The notes under the pieces were generated by a model. The model had not been told where the DNA came from. It did not search any database and saw only the letters and a program-made list of their open reading frames with translations. Positions 41,720 through 51,925 of a stretch of DNA of 64,000 nt are shown one piece after another. The position numbers were made by a program, and so were the translations under genes. This stretch comes from Candidatus Delongbacteria bacterium. Lineage in GTDB: Bacteria; CAIWAD01. Numbering within the stretch: the stretch's first letter is position 1; each line of letters opens with the position of its first letter. Location of the stretch: NCBI GenBank assembly GCA_963663545.1, contig OY760505.1, positions 3,552,001 through 3,616,000 of the forward strand, written 5' to 3'.

Positions 41720-43489
41720 TTGCCGTTATCGGAGTTTTTAATTATGCACGAAGAAAGTTCTGTTCAGCTTACTACCGGAATGTTGTTACGCCGGTTATTA
41801 CTGATAATCGTCGTCTGCCTCGGGTTAGGCTTTTTCGGCGCCAAAACGATTTTCACCTCGGATCAGGCTATTGCCAGCAGTGTTTTTCTGTCGATCATTC
41901 TCGGAACGTTATTTTTTTGGAATTTTCGCCTGGCCATTGCCTTCATTGGTTTGTCGGTATTGATTTTTACTAATTCAATGGATGTCGCCACTTTTGTTCA
42001 ATCTTCGGCCCTGGAAGTGATACTTTTTTTGGTAGGAATGATGATCGTGGTCGGGGCCTTGCGCGATTTGGGGTTTTTTACCTGGATCGTTCAATTGATC
42101 GTTTCGATGCCCGACATTTCCGGACGCAAATTCATTGCCGTCACTGCTGTCGCCTCGGCGTTGATGGCCTGTGCCGTAGATGAAGTGACTTCGATAATTT
42201 TCATCTCGACTTTGGTGTTTCAGGTATGTGATCGGCTCAAACTCAATCCGGTACCCTACATCATGATTTGTGTTCTCTGCACTAATGTCGGCAGCGCTGG
42301 AACGATGATGGGCAATCCGGTGGGAATTTATATTGGCACCAAAGCCGGTCTGACCTTCGGCGATTTCATGATTTATGCTTTCCCGATCATGCTGCTGGCA
42401 CTGCTGGCTACGGTCATGTTGACGATGATCTACTTTCGCAACGATTTGCAGCAATTCGACATCCACCTGAAAGACCGCCTGGCTCGCAATCTGAGCTTGG
42501 TGCCGATGGTGGATGTGCCCTACAAGCAGGGACTCTTCCTGATTGGTATAACTATCACCCTGATTGCCTCGCATCACCAGTTAGAAAAATTATTTCACCT
42601 GGAAAAAAATAGCATTTTGCTGATTGCTCCCTTGATCTGCTCAGGGGTGGTGATGATCGTGCGCCGCAATCGGGCCCGTCACTATGTCGAACGCGAGGTA
42701 GATTGGTGGACGCTGCTGTTTTTCATGCTGTTATTTGCCATTGCCGGGACCTTGCAGCACACTGAAGTCGATAATGTTATGGCTGAACGTTTTGCGGGTG
42801 TCTGTGGCGCTAGTCTCTATGTATTAGTGCCGTTTATTCTGGTTATCACTTCTATTGGCTCGGCCTTTGTTGACAATGTTATTTTTGTTGCTGCCTTTTG
42901 TCCGGTAATCGAAGAAATGGCCCGCAATATTAAAGATTTACCGCTATGGTGGGCGTTATTGTTCGGGGCCTGTTTCGGCGGTAATATTACTATGATCGGC
43001 AGCACGGCCAATATTGTCGCGATCGGCATGTTAGAAAAAAAATCGCATATCCAGGTTACTTTTTTCCAATGGTTGAAAGTCGGAGTGCTTTCAGCGCTAC
43101 TGGCTTGTGGCATTGCCTGGGGAGCATTGCTGGTGTTGACACCGCTGATGCCGGATCGCTATGCTCGTGTAACTTTGGCTGATTTCCAAGAAGAGCGATC
43201 CCGGATTTTCGATAACAAAAATGTAATCATCGCCGCGCCTCATCTGCATCTGCTGACCACAGCGGCAAAAGATTCGCCGTACACTTTTTATATGCTTACC
43301 AAAACTCCGAAATTGGAGCGAGCCAAGGTATCGCTATGGGTCCGGGTTCCCAAAGGATCACAAGCCGAAGTCAGAATCAATCAACATCACAATGGCCCTC
43401 TGTATCTGAAAGGCAAAGCCCAAAGCCGGGCACAAAAGCCGGCAATGATCACCGTCGAATCAGTGTGGAGCGAATTACCCAAACATTAA
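41720..43489 (+). CDS. ArsB/NhaD/SLC13-type ion permease with C-terminal extension
   Basis: LFLVGMM, DEVT, NVGSAGTMMGNP, SAFVDN, GGNITMIGSTAN. Confidence 0.88.
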   Translation: MPLSEFLIMHEESSVQLTTGMLLRRLLLIIVVCLGLGFFGAKTIFTSDQAIASSVFLSIILGTLFFWNFRLAIAFIGLSVLIFTNSMDVATFVQSSALEVILFLVGMMIVVGALRDLGFFTWIVQLIVSMPDISGRKFIAVTAVASALMACAVDEVTSIIFISTLVFQVCDRLKLNPVPYIMICVLCTNVGSAGTMMGNPVGIYIGTKAGLTFGDFMIYAFPIMLLALLATVMLTMIYFRNDLQQFDIHLKDRLARNLSLVPMVDVPYKQGLFLIGITITLIASHHQLEKLFHLEKNSILLIAPLICSGVVMIVRRNRARHYVEREVDWWTLLFFMLLFAIAGTLQHTEVDNVMAERFAGVCGASLYVLVPFILVITSIGSAFVDNVIFVAAFCPVIEEMARNIKDLPLWWALLFGACFGGNITMIGSTANIVAIGMLEKKSHIQVTFFQWLKVGVLSALLACGIAWGALLVLTPLMPDRYARVTLADFQEERSRIFDNKNVIIAAPHLHLLTTAAKDSPYTFYMLTKTPKLERAKVSLWVRVPKGSQAEVRINQHHNGPLYLKGKAQSRAQKPAMITVESVWSELPKH

Positions 43490-43622
43490 TTAATTATAAT
43501 TTTGAAATTTCACTCGGTCAAGTTGAAAATATTTTTTTTCTTGTTTTGCTTGGGAAATAAGTTTTTTTAGTGTAAAATCTCAGATAAGAGTCGGTTGGTA
43601 CAAAAATTAGGAGATAAGCATA

Positions 43623-44003
43623 ATGCCTTTTGGCGATAAACTGAGGGAACTGAGAAGACGAAAAAAATGGTCCCAGGATGAACTGGGCAGCAAGGTGGGG
43701 ATTCATGGCCGACATATAGGCAAATATGAAAATGGCCAGGTAATGCCCAATGCGGAAACTCTAATCAAAATTGCAAAAGTTTTCGAGGTCTCAGTAGATT
43801 ATCTTCTGTTTGACTCTCCATCTCAAACACCCCAAGAAAGTTACGACAAAGAACTTTTAGAATATCTGGCAGAAATAAACAAAATGGACGAGCAAGATAA
43901 GCTGGTGATCAAGTCCTTGATTGAAGCGTATGTAAAAAAGAGAAAAGTTGAGGAGATTATTACAGGGTTATCAGCAGTTGAAAAAATTTGTAGAACTAAA
44001 TAG
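43623..44003 (+). CDS. XRE-family HTH regulator
   Basis: LRELRRRKKWSQDELG..KYENG..P..IAKVFEVSVDYLL. Confidence 0.9.
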   Translation: MPFGDKLRELRRRKKWSQDELGSKVGIHGRHIGKYENGQVMPNAETLIKIAKVFEVSVDYLLFDSPSQTPQESYDKELLEYLAEINKMDEQDKLVIKSLIEAYVKKRKVEEIITGLSAVEKICRTK

Positions 44004-44253
44004 AAACAGATCGATGCAATTTAGTTATAATTGACAACGTTAATTTGAAAATTTATAATAATCTGTCTTGTCCATGAAGAAACTTTACTCGATGAAATAG
44101 GCGTTAGAACTTGTAGGGCTTTATGTTCAGTATAGTTATAGAATGCGAGGAAGGCCGTATAAAACTGTTTTGGCGATGGCTTGCTATCATTTGGGCAACT
44201 CATTTTTGTCGATTATCGGCTCGTGACTTTTTTTGTTCTCGCTCAAAATCCTT

Positions 44254-44372
44254 TATTCCATGGGCTTCTTCAGGTGGCTGGCACCATTCACATTTTCACC
44301 ATGATGCATTCAATATTCCATGGGCTTCTTCAGGTGGCTGCACCATTCACATTTTCACCATGATGCATTCAA
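44254..44372. repeat. Tandem duplication (60 bp + 59 bp)
   Basis: TATTCCATGGGCTTCTTCAGGTGGCTG(G)CACCATTCACATTTTCACCATGATGCATTCAA twice. Confidence 0.95.
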
Positions 44373-44400
44373 GATCAGATTCTAGATTTCCATAAGATGT

Positions 44401-44742
44401 ATGTCTTGGGGACAAAATATTAAAAAATTGAGAAAAAAAAGAGGCTTGACTCAGACAAAACTTGCTAAAGCAGCCGAAATTACTCATAGCACCATTTCCC
44501 GGTTGGAAAGAGGTCATATCAAAGAAATAAATTCAGAAGCACTCATGAAGATGGCCAGAGCGCTTGGAATAACCACGGATTATCTATTGGGCAATACCGA
44601 AGAATTGAGGCCCCAGGAAATTGTTTTGCGCGATCCGGATGCAGAATATATTGTCAATCAGTATGCCAAACTTTCGGCGGCAAGAAGAAGACAACTCAAA
44701 GAATTCGCTGATTTCCTGGTAAGAGAAGACCGGTCATCATGA
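44401..44742 (+). CDS. XRE-family HTH regulator
   Basis: IKKLRKKRGLTQTKLA..ISRLERG..ALGITTDYLLG. Confidence 0.9.
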   Translation: MSWGQNIKKLRKKRGLTQTKLAKAAEITHSTISRLERGHIKEINSEALMKMARALGITTDYLLGNTEELRPQEIVLRDPDAEYIVNQYAKLSAARRRQLKEFADFLVREDRSS

Positions 44743-44905
44743 ACTGGGATGGGGAGTGGCTTCGCTCAACTACAACCTCGACGATTTGCTGCGTAAAGCG
44801 GTCCGGGAGTGATTGGTTTGGCGGCAGCCCGGCGACGCGCTGTCAATCACCCGCTGTGCCTATGCCGGTGCAATAGCCAGTGGTTAGATCGACAAGGAAT
44901 CGGGC

Positions 44906-45961
44906 TCAACCGTAGAGCCGAATTACCTGCTTGATCTGTGCCTTGAGAATAGCGTTTAGCAGGTCCTCGAGCTTGGTGTCGGTGCGAAAGCGGATCAAGG
45001 TGTAGTGGCGGGAGATGTAATTTTCCCGCTCCTCTTCCTCGGCCAGGTCATATCCGTCATGGCTCTCGTCTAGCTCGAGACATAAAAGCAAATCCCTCAC
45101 CACATAGTCTACTTTGTAGCGGCCTACCGGGTAATTGTACCGTAAATCGAAACCGGCGAAAACCTTGCCCAGTACCGAGCGCCACTCCATTTCCTTGCGG
45201 TTTTCGCATTGCACCAGCACCGAGGCATCGCCGAGCAGGCGTCGCTTGAGTTCCACGCCGACCTCGCTTTGCATCCAGAAAGCGATCTTGAGTACGTCGT
45301 CGATGCGATAGGCGTTCATTCGATTGGCGCGGCTGCCGAGTTTATGTATTTGCTCACGGCTCAAAGCTACCGGCTCGATTTGGTCGCGATGTTTGCGCAA
45401 AAATCCGCTCACCGTACTTTCCGGCACATTGAGAAATCGTGCGATGTCCTTTTTCGTTGCCAGTCGCTCCCCGGCAGAGCATGTAAAACCGAGGTCGTCG
45501 AGCAACTGGATGCCGTCAAACTCCTGCGCTTTTTTCCGTGCTTCCGCGTATGCGCCGCGTAGTACCTCTTCTTCAATCATCTGTAGCCGAATCAGAATTG
45601 CGTATTTCTTTTTGCGGGCTTTAGCTCCGGTAAAATCGACGATGATTCGTTCAGTTTGATGACGGTTGAGAGCGTATATCGTCTGTTGTCTTTTGGCCGA
45701 CTTGCCTGTTGCGATCATATGTACAATTTTGTACATATGATAAGGTAAGTAACCTTCTTCCTGTAGTTTAGCAATATTCCTATTCAACAAATGGTCATGT
45801 CTGAGATTGAAAAACTCGGCAATATCCACACTGAGAAAAAAAGTGCTGTGTAACAGGTTTTCGCAGGTAAGCGAGATTCCTTTTCTTTTCCACATAGTAA
45901 GGCCTTCCAGCGTTTCCCGGTAAGGCTCGAGGACATCGGTGAGTAAAGGTGATTTCGTCAT
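44906..45961 (-). CDS. Rha-like N-terminal domain plus DUF559/Vsr-like nuclease domain
   Basis: SVDIAEFFNLRHDHLL, FTGAKA (Rha-like); YPVGRYKVDY..LELDESH..IRF (DUF559-like). Confidence 0.7.
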   Translation of the reverse strand: MTKSPLLTDVLEPYRETLEGLTMWKRKGISLTCENLLHSTFFLSVDIAEFFNLRHDHLLNRNIAKLQEEGYLPYHMYKIVHMIATGKSAKRQQTIYALNRHQTERIIVDFTGAKARKKKYAILIRLQMIEEEVLRGAYAEARKKAQEFDGIQLLDDLGFTCSAGERLATKKDIARFLNVPESTVSGFLRKHRDQIEPVALSREQIHKLGSRANRMNAYRIDDVLKIAFWMQSEVGVELKRRLLGDASVLVQCENRKEMEWRSVLGKVFAGFDLRYNYPVGRYKVDYVVRDLLLCLELDESHDGYDLAEEEERENYISRHYTLIRFRTDTKLEDLLNAILKAQIKQVIRLYG

Positions 45962-45989
45962 GATGACTCCTGTTGTTAAGCGTGTTTTA

Positions 45990-47007
45990 GGCAGTACTTT
46001 CTATGCCCTAATTTTATAGGGTCGAACTAGAAAACTATTTTGTTCCAATTTGGTGAATATCCTCTTGATGTGCCATAAATGCTTGGGTGTCCGGCGGAGT
46101 ATAACTTTTTTCCCCTGGACTTCAGCGATGGTATTTTCAAATAAATCGCGCAAAAGTGTCCTCCGTCGTTTGGATCTGAGACGCTTGGAAATCATAGTTT
46201 CAGCAAAGATTTTGTACATGGTCATTGCAAACATCTTGCTTGCGATCCATAGTTCGTTAGCCTTGAGGCTCTTCTTTCCATTTTTGCAAAAATTGTTTAC
46301 ATTATAGTGATAACGCAATTCCTTGAAGCCGTTTTCTATGACTTGCCGATTCATGTAAAATTTGTAGATAGCCCGTGGAGTCATATCTAGGTCAGTGACA
46401 ATGGCATGGAAATAACGTTTGACTTTCCATTTGCCATTTTTTTTGCGGCGGTGAATACGTCTGCACAAAATTACGTGACGAAAGACTGGGGTTTCATCCT
46501 TATTGGCAACGTTGACTATTCCAAGACTCATGATAGCAATGCCTTGAGTAATATGGATAATCTTGGAAGATTTTTTTCGGGCAAGCTTTTTGAAACGTTT
46601 CTTCGCTTCTTTGATAGCCGTCAAAGTCGTCGTAATCCCTATGGCATAAGTCAGAGAAAGCTTTTCCAGGAAAAGCAGGTTATCTGCTTGGCCATACAAT
46701 GCATCCGCACGTACCGTATCAAAATGGAGCCAGGCACAAGTAACAGAATCTCTCGAAGCGTATCGGCACAAAAGATAGGGAAATTGCCGTTTATCACCGA
46801 TAAACAGCCGGAATATTGCTTCTGAAAATGGGAGATGCACTCAAATCCACCGAGATGAACTACCAGCAACGTCATGATCAGCATCATCGGGACGTTTACC
46901 CTGATAATTGAGCATACGCCTTTGAGATACCAATCTACCCACGGAGAATCCTTCAAAATTTTATAAGAGAATAGAATTATCGGCAAACTTGTGCTACACT
47001 GTTCCAT
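45990..47007 (-). pseudogene. Degenerate DDE transposase (IS1380/IS4-like), frameshifted and internally deleted
   Basis: AIVTDL..IYKFYMNRQVIENGFKELR YREK-like motif; N-terminal part in another frame (46651-47007). Confidence 0.6.
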
Positions 47008-47564
47008 GAGATGGCTTCCAAAAAATCGTTGTTATGGCGTGCGGCTTCGGCCAGTTGTTCAGGAGTGAATGTCAAATCGGGATCGACCACTAGCATCAGA
47101 TAGCCGTGGCCGATTCGTTCCCAGTTAGCGGTGAGGTCGCGGCGAATCCAGGTGGGAGCCCAATTGAGATACACTTGGCCATTTTCGAACTGATAACCGA
47201 GCCGGCGAACTAAGCGATGACCTTGTAACGATCGCAGGTTATTGATCATCACCCGCAACAGATATTTCGAAATCAGATATCCCGCCTTAGCTGGCCGGGA
47301 AGTGGTCAGTTTGGCGATCACCGGTCGGGGAGTCGGCAATTTGAAGTGGACGGTGAATATCCCTTCATCGGTTCCGTGGACCGATGTAACTTCTGGCTGC
47401 TGGAATACCGCGTATTTGCGTAGCGCCGCTCGATGGGACAAAAAAATTCGCCGACAGCGATGGTCCCAACACGCGATAGCCGCGAAGTCGCGATTTTCTC
47501 GCAGTAAATTCAAAAAAACGGCGAATTTAGCCGCAACTGCACGTCGTTGCCGGTCGCTAGCCAT
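46977..47564 (-). CDS. Hypothetical protein coupled to the radical SAM gene
   Basis: RBS GAAGGAG; starts 15 nt after the rSAM stop; 3' end runs into the transposase remnant. Confidence 0.6.
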   Translation of the reverse strand: MASDRQRRAVAAKFAVFLNLLRENRDFAAIACWDHRCRRIFLSHRAALRKYAVFQQPEVTSVHGTDEGIFTVHFKLPTPRPVIAKLTTSRPAKAGYLISKYLLRVMINNLRSLQGHRLVRRLGYQFENGQVYLNWAPTWIRRDLTANWERIGHGYLMLVVDPDLTFTPEQLAEAARHNNDFLEAISWNSVAQVCR

Positions 47565-47579
47565 TTGGACTCCTTCAAA

Positions 47580-48743
47580 TCACAAAAATCGGGCTGATCG
47601 TGGCGAGACGAACCGGATGGGATCGAGTTTACCGGTACCGATATGGAACAGCAGGTAAGGGAGCATCCGGCGATAGTAGTCGCACATCGGATCGGGAGAA
47701 GCGGTCGAGTTATTGGCATAAAACCGTCGCGAGGCGCAACCACCGGCGTTGCACACCCATCGCCATATACAGCAGCGGCATGGGTCGAATTTATCGACCG
47801 TTTCGCCGGCAAATCGGGTGGTGATCGCGCTGGCGGCGACGGCGTCGGCAGCATCTTGATCGAAGACATTGGCGATTTTCAGTGAAGCAATTCCACTAAA
47901 ATCGTCGCAAGGAAAAATATCGCCATTATGAGCGAAGCCCAACAGATTGGTAGCGGCGCCGCACGGCGAGCGCAGACACATATAGCGACGTTCTTCCGAC
48001 AGAATATTCATCATCAAATACTCGATATTTCGCTCGGTAATCCGCAGGCCGCGGTTGCTATCCAGATGGGCGATCAACTCGATCACTTGCTTATTCACTT
48101 CGAGATATTGCCGAGGTGAAAGTCCCTGCCGGCTTTCGCTGCCTCTTCCTCCTAAAATCAACGGATTCAAAGTGAAATTGCGCACCCCTTCTTCGACCAA
48201 AAAATCGATTATCTCGGTAATGTGGGAATAGTTGGCCTGGGTAAGCACAATGATCACTCCGGGATCGAGTCCATGGTCAAGAAGAATACGTAGCCCGCGC
48301 AGGCTATCTTGAAAAGTGGGCAGACCCGTTTGGGCGATGCGCATACGATTGGTCGATTCATTGGCGCCATCGAGACTGATGCCGATGCCGATTCGGTTGG
48401 TGGCGAGATAATCGGCGGTCACGTCACTAACTAGCGAGCCATTGCTTTGTAAACAAAAATCGACCTGGTAGCCGTCGTTATCGGCGCGGCGCTGGACATA
48501 CTCGGTAAAATCTCGGATGAAACTGAAGTTGAGCAGTGGTTCGCCACCATGATACAAGAAACGAATCTTGTCGTTGGCCAATTGCTGCATTAATCGATAC
48601 ACGGCGATGCCGGTGGATAAATCCATATAATCGCGGCTCTCCCCGCCTCGGGCATAGCAATATCGACATGCAAAATTGCAGTCAAATGCGCAAAATAAGT
48701 CAAGGGAATTTGAATTAAGAAGCCTGTGCTTAGGAGCCGGCAA
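47580..48743 (-). CDS. Radical SAM/SPASM-domain protein (native start not visible)
   Basis: CNFACRYC, HGGEPLL, SNG, ISLDG; SPASM CLRSPCGA..GDIFPC..CRCC..CNAGGC..C. Confidence 0.88.
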   Translation of the reverse strand: MPAPKHRLLNSNSLDLFCAFDCNFACRYCYARGGESRDYMDLSTGIAVYRLMQQLANDKIRFLYHGGEPLLNFSFIRDFTEYVQRRADNDGYQVDFCLQSNGSLVSDVTADYLATNRIGIGISLDGANESTNRMRIAQTGLPTFQDSLRGLRILLDHGLDPGVIIVLTQANYSHITEIIDFLVEEGVRNFTLNPLILGGRGSESRQGLSPRQYLEVNKQVIELIAHLDSNRGLRITERNIEYLMMNILSEERRYMCLRSPCGAATNLLGFAHNGDIFPCDDFSGIASLKIANVFDQDAADAVAASAITTRFAGETVDKFDPCRCCIWRWVCNAGGCASRRFYANNSTASPDPMCDYYRRMLPYLLFHIGTGKLDPIRFVSPRSARFL

Positions 48744-48890
48744 AAAATAAATTGGTCAGTTGGTTTAGCAATTTTGTTTCCTGGCAAGGAGCGACGAATG
48801 CGCATAGCCTTAGTTCTGTAATTGAGGAGCGACGCAGCCAGGGAGCAAAAGGGCAAACCAAATGGGTAAGTTATTTATTGCCGGCTCCTA
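48731..48890. mobile_element. MITE-like element family A, copy 1
   Basis: Terminal IR TAGGAGCCGGCAA..TTGCCGGCTCCTA; copies at 51926, 54039, 58599. Confidence 0.85.
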
Positions 48891-49022
48891 AGCAAATAAT
48901 TTGCTCGACCATCGAATCATCGACCATAGACCATCGACCATCGTTTACGATTACGAATCACGAAAATCGTCCATCGATGTCGCTTCGAGACAAAGAGTTT
49001 TTTGCCTAAATTATGGGATTAC
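48891..49022. repeat. Dispersed repeat family B, copy 1
   Basis: Reverse-complement copy at 59741-59865; partial end near 56200-56222. Confidence 0.8.
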
Positions 49023-49075
49023 CCCCCCCAGAGGCATATTTATCATATCGTCATAAATTCGTCAACACAGCCTAA

Positions 49076-51730
49076 TCATTTGTCATCATGCAGCCATACC
49101 ATACCGGTGCTGCCGTCGATAGTGATGCGTTGTCCATCGACGATTATCTGCGAGGCAAAGCGTACTCCTACCACCGCCGGAATCCCCAATTCTCTCGCCA
49201 CTACTGCTCCATGCGATAATACACTGCCGATATCGACGACAATGCCACTGGCAAGACTAAATAGCGGTGTCCAGGCCGGATCGGTAAATCGGGTTACCAG
49301 AATTTCGCCAGCCTGGAAACGGTCGGCCTGACGCAGATCGAGAATGACACGCGCTTTTCCGGTAACCTGGCCGGCGCTGCTTGCCACTCCTCGCAATTGT
49401 TTTGCCTGGGAGTCGACGCGGTCATATATCTTACGTACCACTTTACCTCCCTGCGTATAAACCTCGCGAGCCGGAGTGATTTGCGCCCACAATTGCCATT
49501 GCTTTTCGCGTTGCCCGGCCAGAAGCGCCAAAGATTTCGGGTCAGCTTCGCCGGCCAGTACCGCTTCGATTTCCCGGCGCTCTAAAAAAAATATCTGGCG
49601 CGGGGTTGCCAACCAACCCTTTTCACAGAAAATAGCGCCATAACGCCAGGCAATACGCCGAAATATCTCCAACCCTCTGGTCATGGTAAACTTGATATTC
49701 TCGCGGTAGGGAGCGTAAAAGCGGGCCAAAAGTTGGAGAAGGATAAACTGCCAACGCGAAAATGGAAAAAAACAGCGCCAGCCGCGCGCCAGGTAGGTGG
49801 TTACCCGGTGAATGGTTCGCCGGCGTCCAGCGGCCATTCGCGTCATCGCTAACCTGGGATCAGTGGGCGCTGCCGCCAGTTGTATCTGCAAAAATTTCCA
49901 CAACGAGGTCGGATCGTGCTGCCAGCTCGGACTCAACAATTCGACGAGATTATCTCCCATATGCCCAAAGCGCTGCATAAATTCGGCGAAAGCCAGGCGA
50001 AAACCCTCACTATCTTTCAGTCTAGCCATTGCTGCCGTCATTTGCTCCGGAGGCGTCCGCTGGAGCAATTCGACCAGGTGCGGGTACTTCCTCGCACTCT
50101 GTGCCAGGCGCCATATTCCTTCTTTGAGTTTGGCGTCTTCCAGGGTTCCCAGCCCGGCTAATAACTGCGACGGCGACACTCCGAGTTCTACCGGCAAGGA
50201 ACCCATAAATTCGGACAACGCTCCATAAAACAGCGAATAGGCCGAAGTGCCATCCATGTGCAGCAAAAAACCATCGCTCATCAGCCGCAGACAACGCTGA
50301 TTGAGCGCTGCCAGTTCATTGGCGGCCATGCCGTCAATCGGTAAAGTCTCAAAACGGGCATGGAGGCGATCGAATTTGCGTTGATAGCTTCTGGCTCGGG
50401 AAGACAGGGTCAACAGCGAGGTTAAGATATGACGTCCCGCTTTGAGCAGCGGCCACAGCGTGCGCAGGGTAATTCGAATTTGTAGTGATCCCTGCTGACC
50501 GCCACCAAGTATTTGTTCGACAAATGCAGAAGTATCGACTCCGGGAATAATCTTGGCCATAATTTGTTCGAACGCGGTGACATTGAGGTAGGCATATCCA
50601 TCGAAACAGCATACTAATTGGGGATTCAGATCGCCACCGAATAAATGGCTCACCCGGCGAAATTGCTCTTCGAGCACCGGAAACATCGTGCTGGAACTGT
50701 AAGGACTGACTACTGTAGGGAAGGCTTCCTGAGCATTGTCTGCGGTCCAATGAATTTCCGGCTCTTGCTCGGGAGCAAAGGTGGTGATCGGCCGCGTTTG
50801 CAACAAATAGAGACGGTCTTGCCATAGCGCCCATTCAATATCCTGTGGAGTTTCTTTGCGATTTTCGACCGTTATTCCGAGTTGCAGCAGGCGTTGTACC
50901 TGTTGTCGATCCAGACATTTTTCCATAGCCCGTTGTTGGCTATCATGAGCGGTGATGCCGGAGTGGTCTGCGGCCAGGCAATAATATTTGCTTTTATTAC
51001 CGCAGCGATAGTCACGAATGGCACCGCTCTCCCGATCGACGGTGATCTGGTCGGCTTCGAGGGAGCCGCCGACCACCGATTCTCCCAGCCCCCAGGTAGC
51101 ATTGATCACCATCGCTGTGGGATCATTGCTCAAGGGATCGATGGTAAACAGTACCCCGGAAATATCGGCAGGCACCAACAGTTGCACCACGACCGCCAGG
51201 GCCGCTTCGATTTGGGAAAACCCGGTGCGCTGGCGATAGCAGATCACCCGGGCATTCCATAGCGATGCCCAACATTGACGAATGCATTGCAGTAATCGCG
51301 ATTCGCCAACCACTCCCAAAAATGAATCATGTTGTCCGGCAAACGACGCCGTGGCTGTGTCTTCGGCAATCGCTGAAGAACGAACCGCCAGGGGACGATC
51401 GCGCAACGGCTGGCAATCACGATAGTTGTGGATAACCGCCTGCTCAATGGCATCAGGCAGCGGCGCCTGGAGAATAGACTGTCGAATTGCTTGCGCTGCG
51501 GCCTCGATGCTATCGGGACGGCAATAATCAATTTGTCCAAGTTGCTGCTCCAGAAAATCAGCCAGGCCATTGGCTGCGATAAAATCAGTATAAGCAGTCG
51601 TAGTCAGGCAAAAACCCGGCGGCACCGGCAGGCCACTTTGGGCCATCTCTCCTAACGCCAATCCTTTACCTCCTACTTTTGTCAGATCTTCGGCGCTGAT
51701 CTGTTGTAAATCGACAATTATCTCCGCCAT
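49076..51730 (-). CDS. PEP-utilising enzyme, RPH/PigC-like architecture (ATP-grasp, substrate domain, His swivel)
   Basis: VGGKG, AVRSSA..ED..SFAGQH, DIEWA, LQTRPIT; C-terminal TDPAWTPLF..SHGAVVARELGIP. Confidence 0.9.
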   Translation of the reverse strand: MAEIIVDLQQISAEDLTKVGGKGLALGEMAQSGLPVPPGFCLTTTAYTDFIAANGLADFLEQQLGQIDYCRPDSIEAAAQAIRQSILQAPLPDAIEQAVIHNYRDCQPLRDRPLAVRSSAIAEDTATASFAGQHDSFLGVVGESRLLQCIRQCWASLWNARVICYRQRTGFSQIEAALAVVVQLLVPADISGVLFTIDPLSNDPTAMVINATWGLGESVVGGSLEADQITVDRESGAIRDYRCGNKSKYYCLAADHSGITAHDSQQRAMEKCLDRQQVQRLLQLGITVENRKETPQDIEWALWQDRLYLLQTRPITTFAPEQEPEIHWTADNAQEAFPTVVSPYSSSTMFPVLEEQFRRVSHLFGGDLNPQLVCCFDGYAYLNVTAFEQIMAKIIPGVDTSAFVEQILGGGQQGSLQIRITLRTLWPLLKAGRHILTSLLTLSSRARSYQRKFDRLHARFETLPIDGMAANELAALNQRCLRLMSDGFLLHMDGTSAYSLFYGALSEFMGSLPVELGVSPSQLLAGLGTLEDAKLKEGIWRLAQSARKYPHLVELLQRTPPEQMTAAMARLKDSEGFRLAFAEFMQRFGHMGDNLVELLSPSWQHDPTSLWKFLQIQLAAAPTDPRLAMTRMAAGRRRTIHRVTTYLARGWRCFFPFSRWQFILLQLLARFYAPYRENIKFTMTRGLEIFRRIAWRYGAIFCEKGWLATPRQIFFLERREIEAVLAGEADPKSLALLAGQREKQWQLWAQITPAREVYTQGGKVVRKIYDRVDSQAKQLRGVASSAGQVTGKARVILDLRQADRFQAGEILVTRFTDPAWTPLFSLASGIVVDIGSVLSHGAVVARELGIPAVVGVRFASQIIVDGQRITIDGSTGMVWLHDDK

Positions 51731-51925
51731 GATTAGCCTCCATGTGCGCTATTGCTACAACGTAACGCCAGCAATATGCACGCTTTTTCAGATAATAGCA
51801 AAACCTCATTCAGGATACATTTTTTATAACGAATTGTCAACTATATAGTTATGAATCGATTTTTTTATGGCCCTGCTTTTGCTCAAAGCGCGATAAGATG
51901 CGCGTGTCGGCGTTTGGCAACGCGC

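Noticed and set aside
44254..44372. Possible CRISPR array
   Set aside because: Two contiguous 60-bp copies without spacers; no cas genes in the window
47580..48743. His-Xaa-Ser system HxsB assignment (LRSPCGA motif)
   Set aside because: No HxS-repeat peptide or hxsC partner visible; motif is shared by many SPASM proteins
49076..51730. Calling the gene rph (rifampin phosphotransferase) or ppsA
   Set aside because: Shares only the architecture; lacks the PpsA C-terminal barrel, and the middle domain cannot be assigned to RPH by eye
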